Part shown: positions 62,714-64,000 of the stretch, piece by piece
How positions within the stretch are numbered: the stretch's first letter is position 1
Layout: every line of letters starts with the position of its first letter
Source: Thermoplasmata archaeon
Lineage (GTDB): Archaea > Thermoplasmatota > Thermoplasmata > Lutacidiplasmatales > UBA184
Reading direction: 5' to 3'
DNA: 64,000 bases
NCBI GenBank assembly: GCA_035504395.1
Contig: DATJRX010000005.1
Coordinates: 3,334 to 67,333 of the forward strand
Made by a program: the position numbers and the translations under genes
The notes under the pieces: model-generated
What the model was told of the DNA's origin: nothing
Database searches by the model: none
What the model saw: only the letters and a program-made list of their open reading frames with translations

Positions 62714-63696
62714 GCGAGACCCTCCCGCCGATACCGGCCCACGGGCTTCCGGTCGCCGCGCGCGCCCCCGGCAAGTGCATCGTCTTCGGCGAGCACGGGG
62801 TCGTCCACGGGACGCCCGAGCTGCTGTTCGCGCTGGACCTCGAGACGCAGGTGTTCGTTCAGCCAGCGAAGGAGACCCGCCTCAACGGCGACGTCGGCGC
62901 GGCCCGATCGAACGGGTACTTCGCCCGGGCCCTGGAAGCGATGTGGGCCGGTGGGTCGCCGGTCGAGGTTCGCAGCGTCTCGCGCATCCCTCGGGCGGCC
63001 GGGCTCGGGTCGTCGGCCGCGTTCGTCGCGGCGCTCACCGCGGCCCTCGGCGCGGCGACCGGCGGGATCGATCGGGCCACGCTCGCGGAGCGCAGCTTCG
63101 AGATCGAGCGGGGGGCCCAGGGCGTCGGGAGCCCGGGCGATACGACCGCCGTCGTCGGGGGCGGCTTCCTCACGGTGAACGGGCCCGACGGGGCCCCGCT
63201 CTGGACCGTGCGCGACGGCGACCGCCACTGGGACGTGCGCCGCGTCACGGACCCGGGATGGACGTGGGTCGTCGCCCACTCCGGGATCCCGCGCTCGACC
63301 GCCGACGCCGTGAGAGCGGTCGGCGAGCGGCTCGCCCGGCCGGACGGCCCGTCCGTCCTCGACCGGTTCCGACGGGTCGCGACGGACGGCATCTCGGCCG
63401 TCGAGCGCGCGGACCGGGCGGCGACCGCGGAGCTGATGGGCGAGAACCAGCGTCTGCTCCGGGAGGTCGGCGTCTCGCATCCCCGCCTAGAGGCCCTCCT
63501 CCGGGCGGGCGCGCCGGCGGCCGAGGGAGCGAAGTTGACCGGCGCCGGCGCCGGCGGATCGATCGTCGCTCTTCCGCGGCCGGGAAAGGAAGTGGAGCTC
63601 GTGCGACGCCTCGCCCGAGCGGGCGGGCTCGCGTTCGCCGTCCGTCCGGTGCCCGACGGGGCCCGACTGCTGACCGCGTCGGACCCCCGCGGGTGA
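62710..63696 (+). CDS. mvk: mevalonate kinase (GHMP kinase family)
   Basis: N-terminal APGKCIVFGEHGVVHG and the GHMP motif PRAAGLGSSAA. The C-terminal GAGGS lid is archaeal MVA-pathway-like. GTGA overlap with trm56. Confidence 0.85.
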   Translation: MSETLPPIPAHGLPVAARAPGKCIVFGEHGVVHGTPELLFALDLETQVFVQPAKETRLNGDVGAARSNGYFARALEAMWAGGSPVEVRSVSRIPRAAGLGSSAAFVAALTAALGAATGGIDRATLAERSFEIERGAQGVGSPGDTTAVVGGGFLTVNGPDGAPLWTVRDGDRHWDVRRVTDPGWTWVVAHSGIPRSTADAVRAVGERLARPDGPSVLDRFRRVATDGISAVERADRAATAELMGENQRLLREVGVSHPRLEALLRAGAPAAEGAKLTGAGAGGSIVALPRPGKEVELVRRLARAGGLAFAVRPVPDGARLLTASDPRG

Positions 63697-63702
63697 CGCG
63701 GA

Positions 63703-64000
63703 TCACTTGCGGGCGACGATCCGGATCACGGCGTTCGGTTCGACCGGATGGTCCGCCGCCATCGCACGGTGCGTCCGGCCGTCGACCGCGCGGATGAAGT
63801 TCTTGCCGAGATCGGTGTGGACGCGATAGGCGACCGCGCTCGCCGTGGTCCCCGCGGGGACGAGGAGGGCGTCCGGGAGCACGCGGCCCTGGCCGTCGGT
63901 CCAGTGCGTCTCGTCCTCGACCGGGTAGACCACGATGTAGTGCAACCGCTCGAACACCATCGCCTCGAGGGCCTGCTGGACGCCGGTCGAGCCCCACGTC
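63703..64000 (-). CDS. partial CDS: C-terminal TGS/beta-grasp-like domain of a GTPase-like protein (5' part outside window)
   Basis: The frame stays open to the window edge. The tail HYIVVYPVEDETHWTDGQGRVLPDALLVPAGTTASAVAYRVHTDLGKNFIRA resembles C-terminal TGS/YchF-type domains. Confidence 0.4.
   Translation of the reverse strand, partial: TWGSTGVQQALEAMVFERLHYIVVYPVEDETHWTDGQGRVLPDALLVPAGTTASAVAYRVHTDLGKNFIRAVDGRTHRAMAADHPVEPNAVIRIVARK

Noticed and set aside
1-64000. CRISPR arrays or mobile elements
   Set aside because: No regularly spaced direct repeats were seen, and no transposase, integrase or terminal-inverted-repeat structures. The only repeat-like features are short palindromes.

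Overview
This is a high-GC (roughly 70%) archaeal chromosomal window that is densely coding on both strands. The archaeal identity rests on rpl15e, rpl44e, rps27e, the aIF2-alpha/nop10 pair, nop5-flpA, trm56, prefoldin alpha, a DRG GTPase, an archaeal type IV pilin N-terminus and PAC2; gene names were assigned from sequence motifs I recognised by eye, not from a database search. The proteins are Arg-rich and not acidic, so this is not a haloarchaeon even though it carries Bat-type HTH_10 regulators. It may be an uncultured Thermoplasmatota-like euryarchaeon, but that is a guess. Many long ORFs in alternate frames are GC artifacts, and the real starts often lie well inside the longest ORF.

The left two-thirds (about 1-41 kb) looks accessory. 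It carries metabolic and stress genes, including an M1 aminopeptidase, a sarcosine-oxidase-like flavoenzyme, an HpcH aldolase, an alpha/beta hydrolase, four VOC/glyoxalase paralogs, UspA, an APH-family phosphotransferase and an alkyltransferase-like (ATL) protein. Regulators there include an inverted pair of Bat-type HTH_10 genes and ArsR. There are also several large N-glycosylation-sequon-rich surface proteins (an NHL propeller, a beta-helix and a collagen-like Gly-X-Y protein), an archaeal type IV pilin, and a divergent pair of bacterial-type class III adenylyl cyclase-TPR genes.

The right third (about 41-64 kb) is core archaeal information processing: pfdA-ftsY-SpoU MTase, rpl15e, a putative GINS subunit, nop5-flpA, purF, rpl1-rpl10-rpl12, and rpl44e-rps27e-eif2a-nop10-trm56-mvk.

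The most unusual locus is a six-gene minus-strand cluster at 46.3-52.9 kb. It encodes a HerA/FtsK-like (DUF87) P-loop ATPase with a long N-terminal extension. Three tandem KaiC-like paralogs follow: one with an intact Walker A, one with the P-loop deleted, and one with a degenerate P-loop. A PAC2 proteasome-assembly-chaperone-family protein and a DUF185 methyltransferase complete it. I found no rRNA, tRNA, CRISPR array, transposase or integrase.
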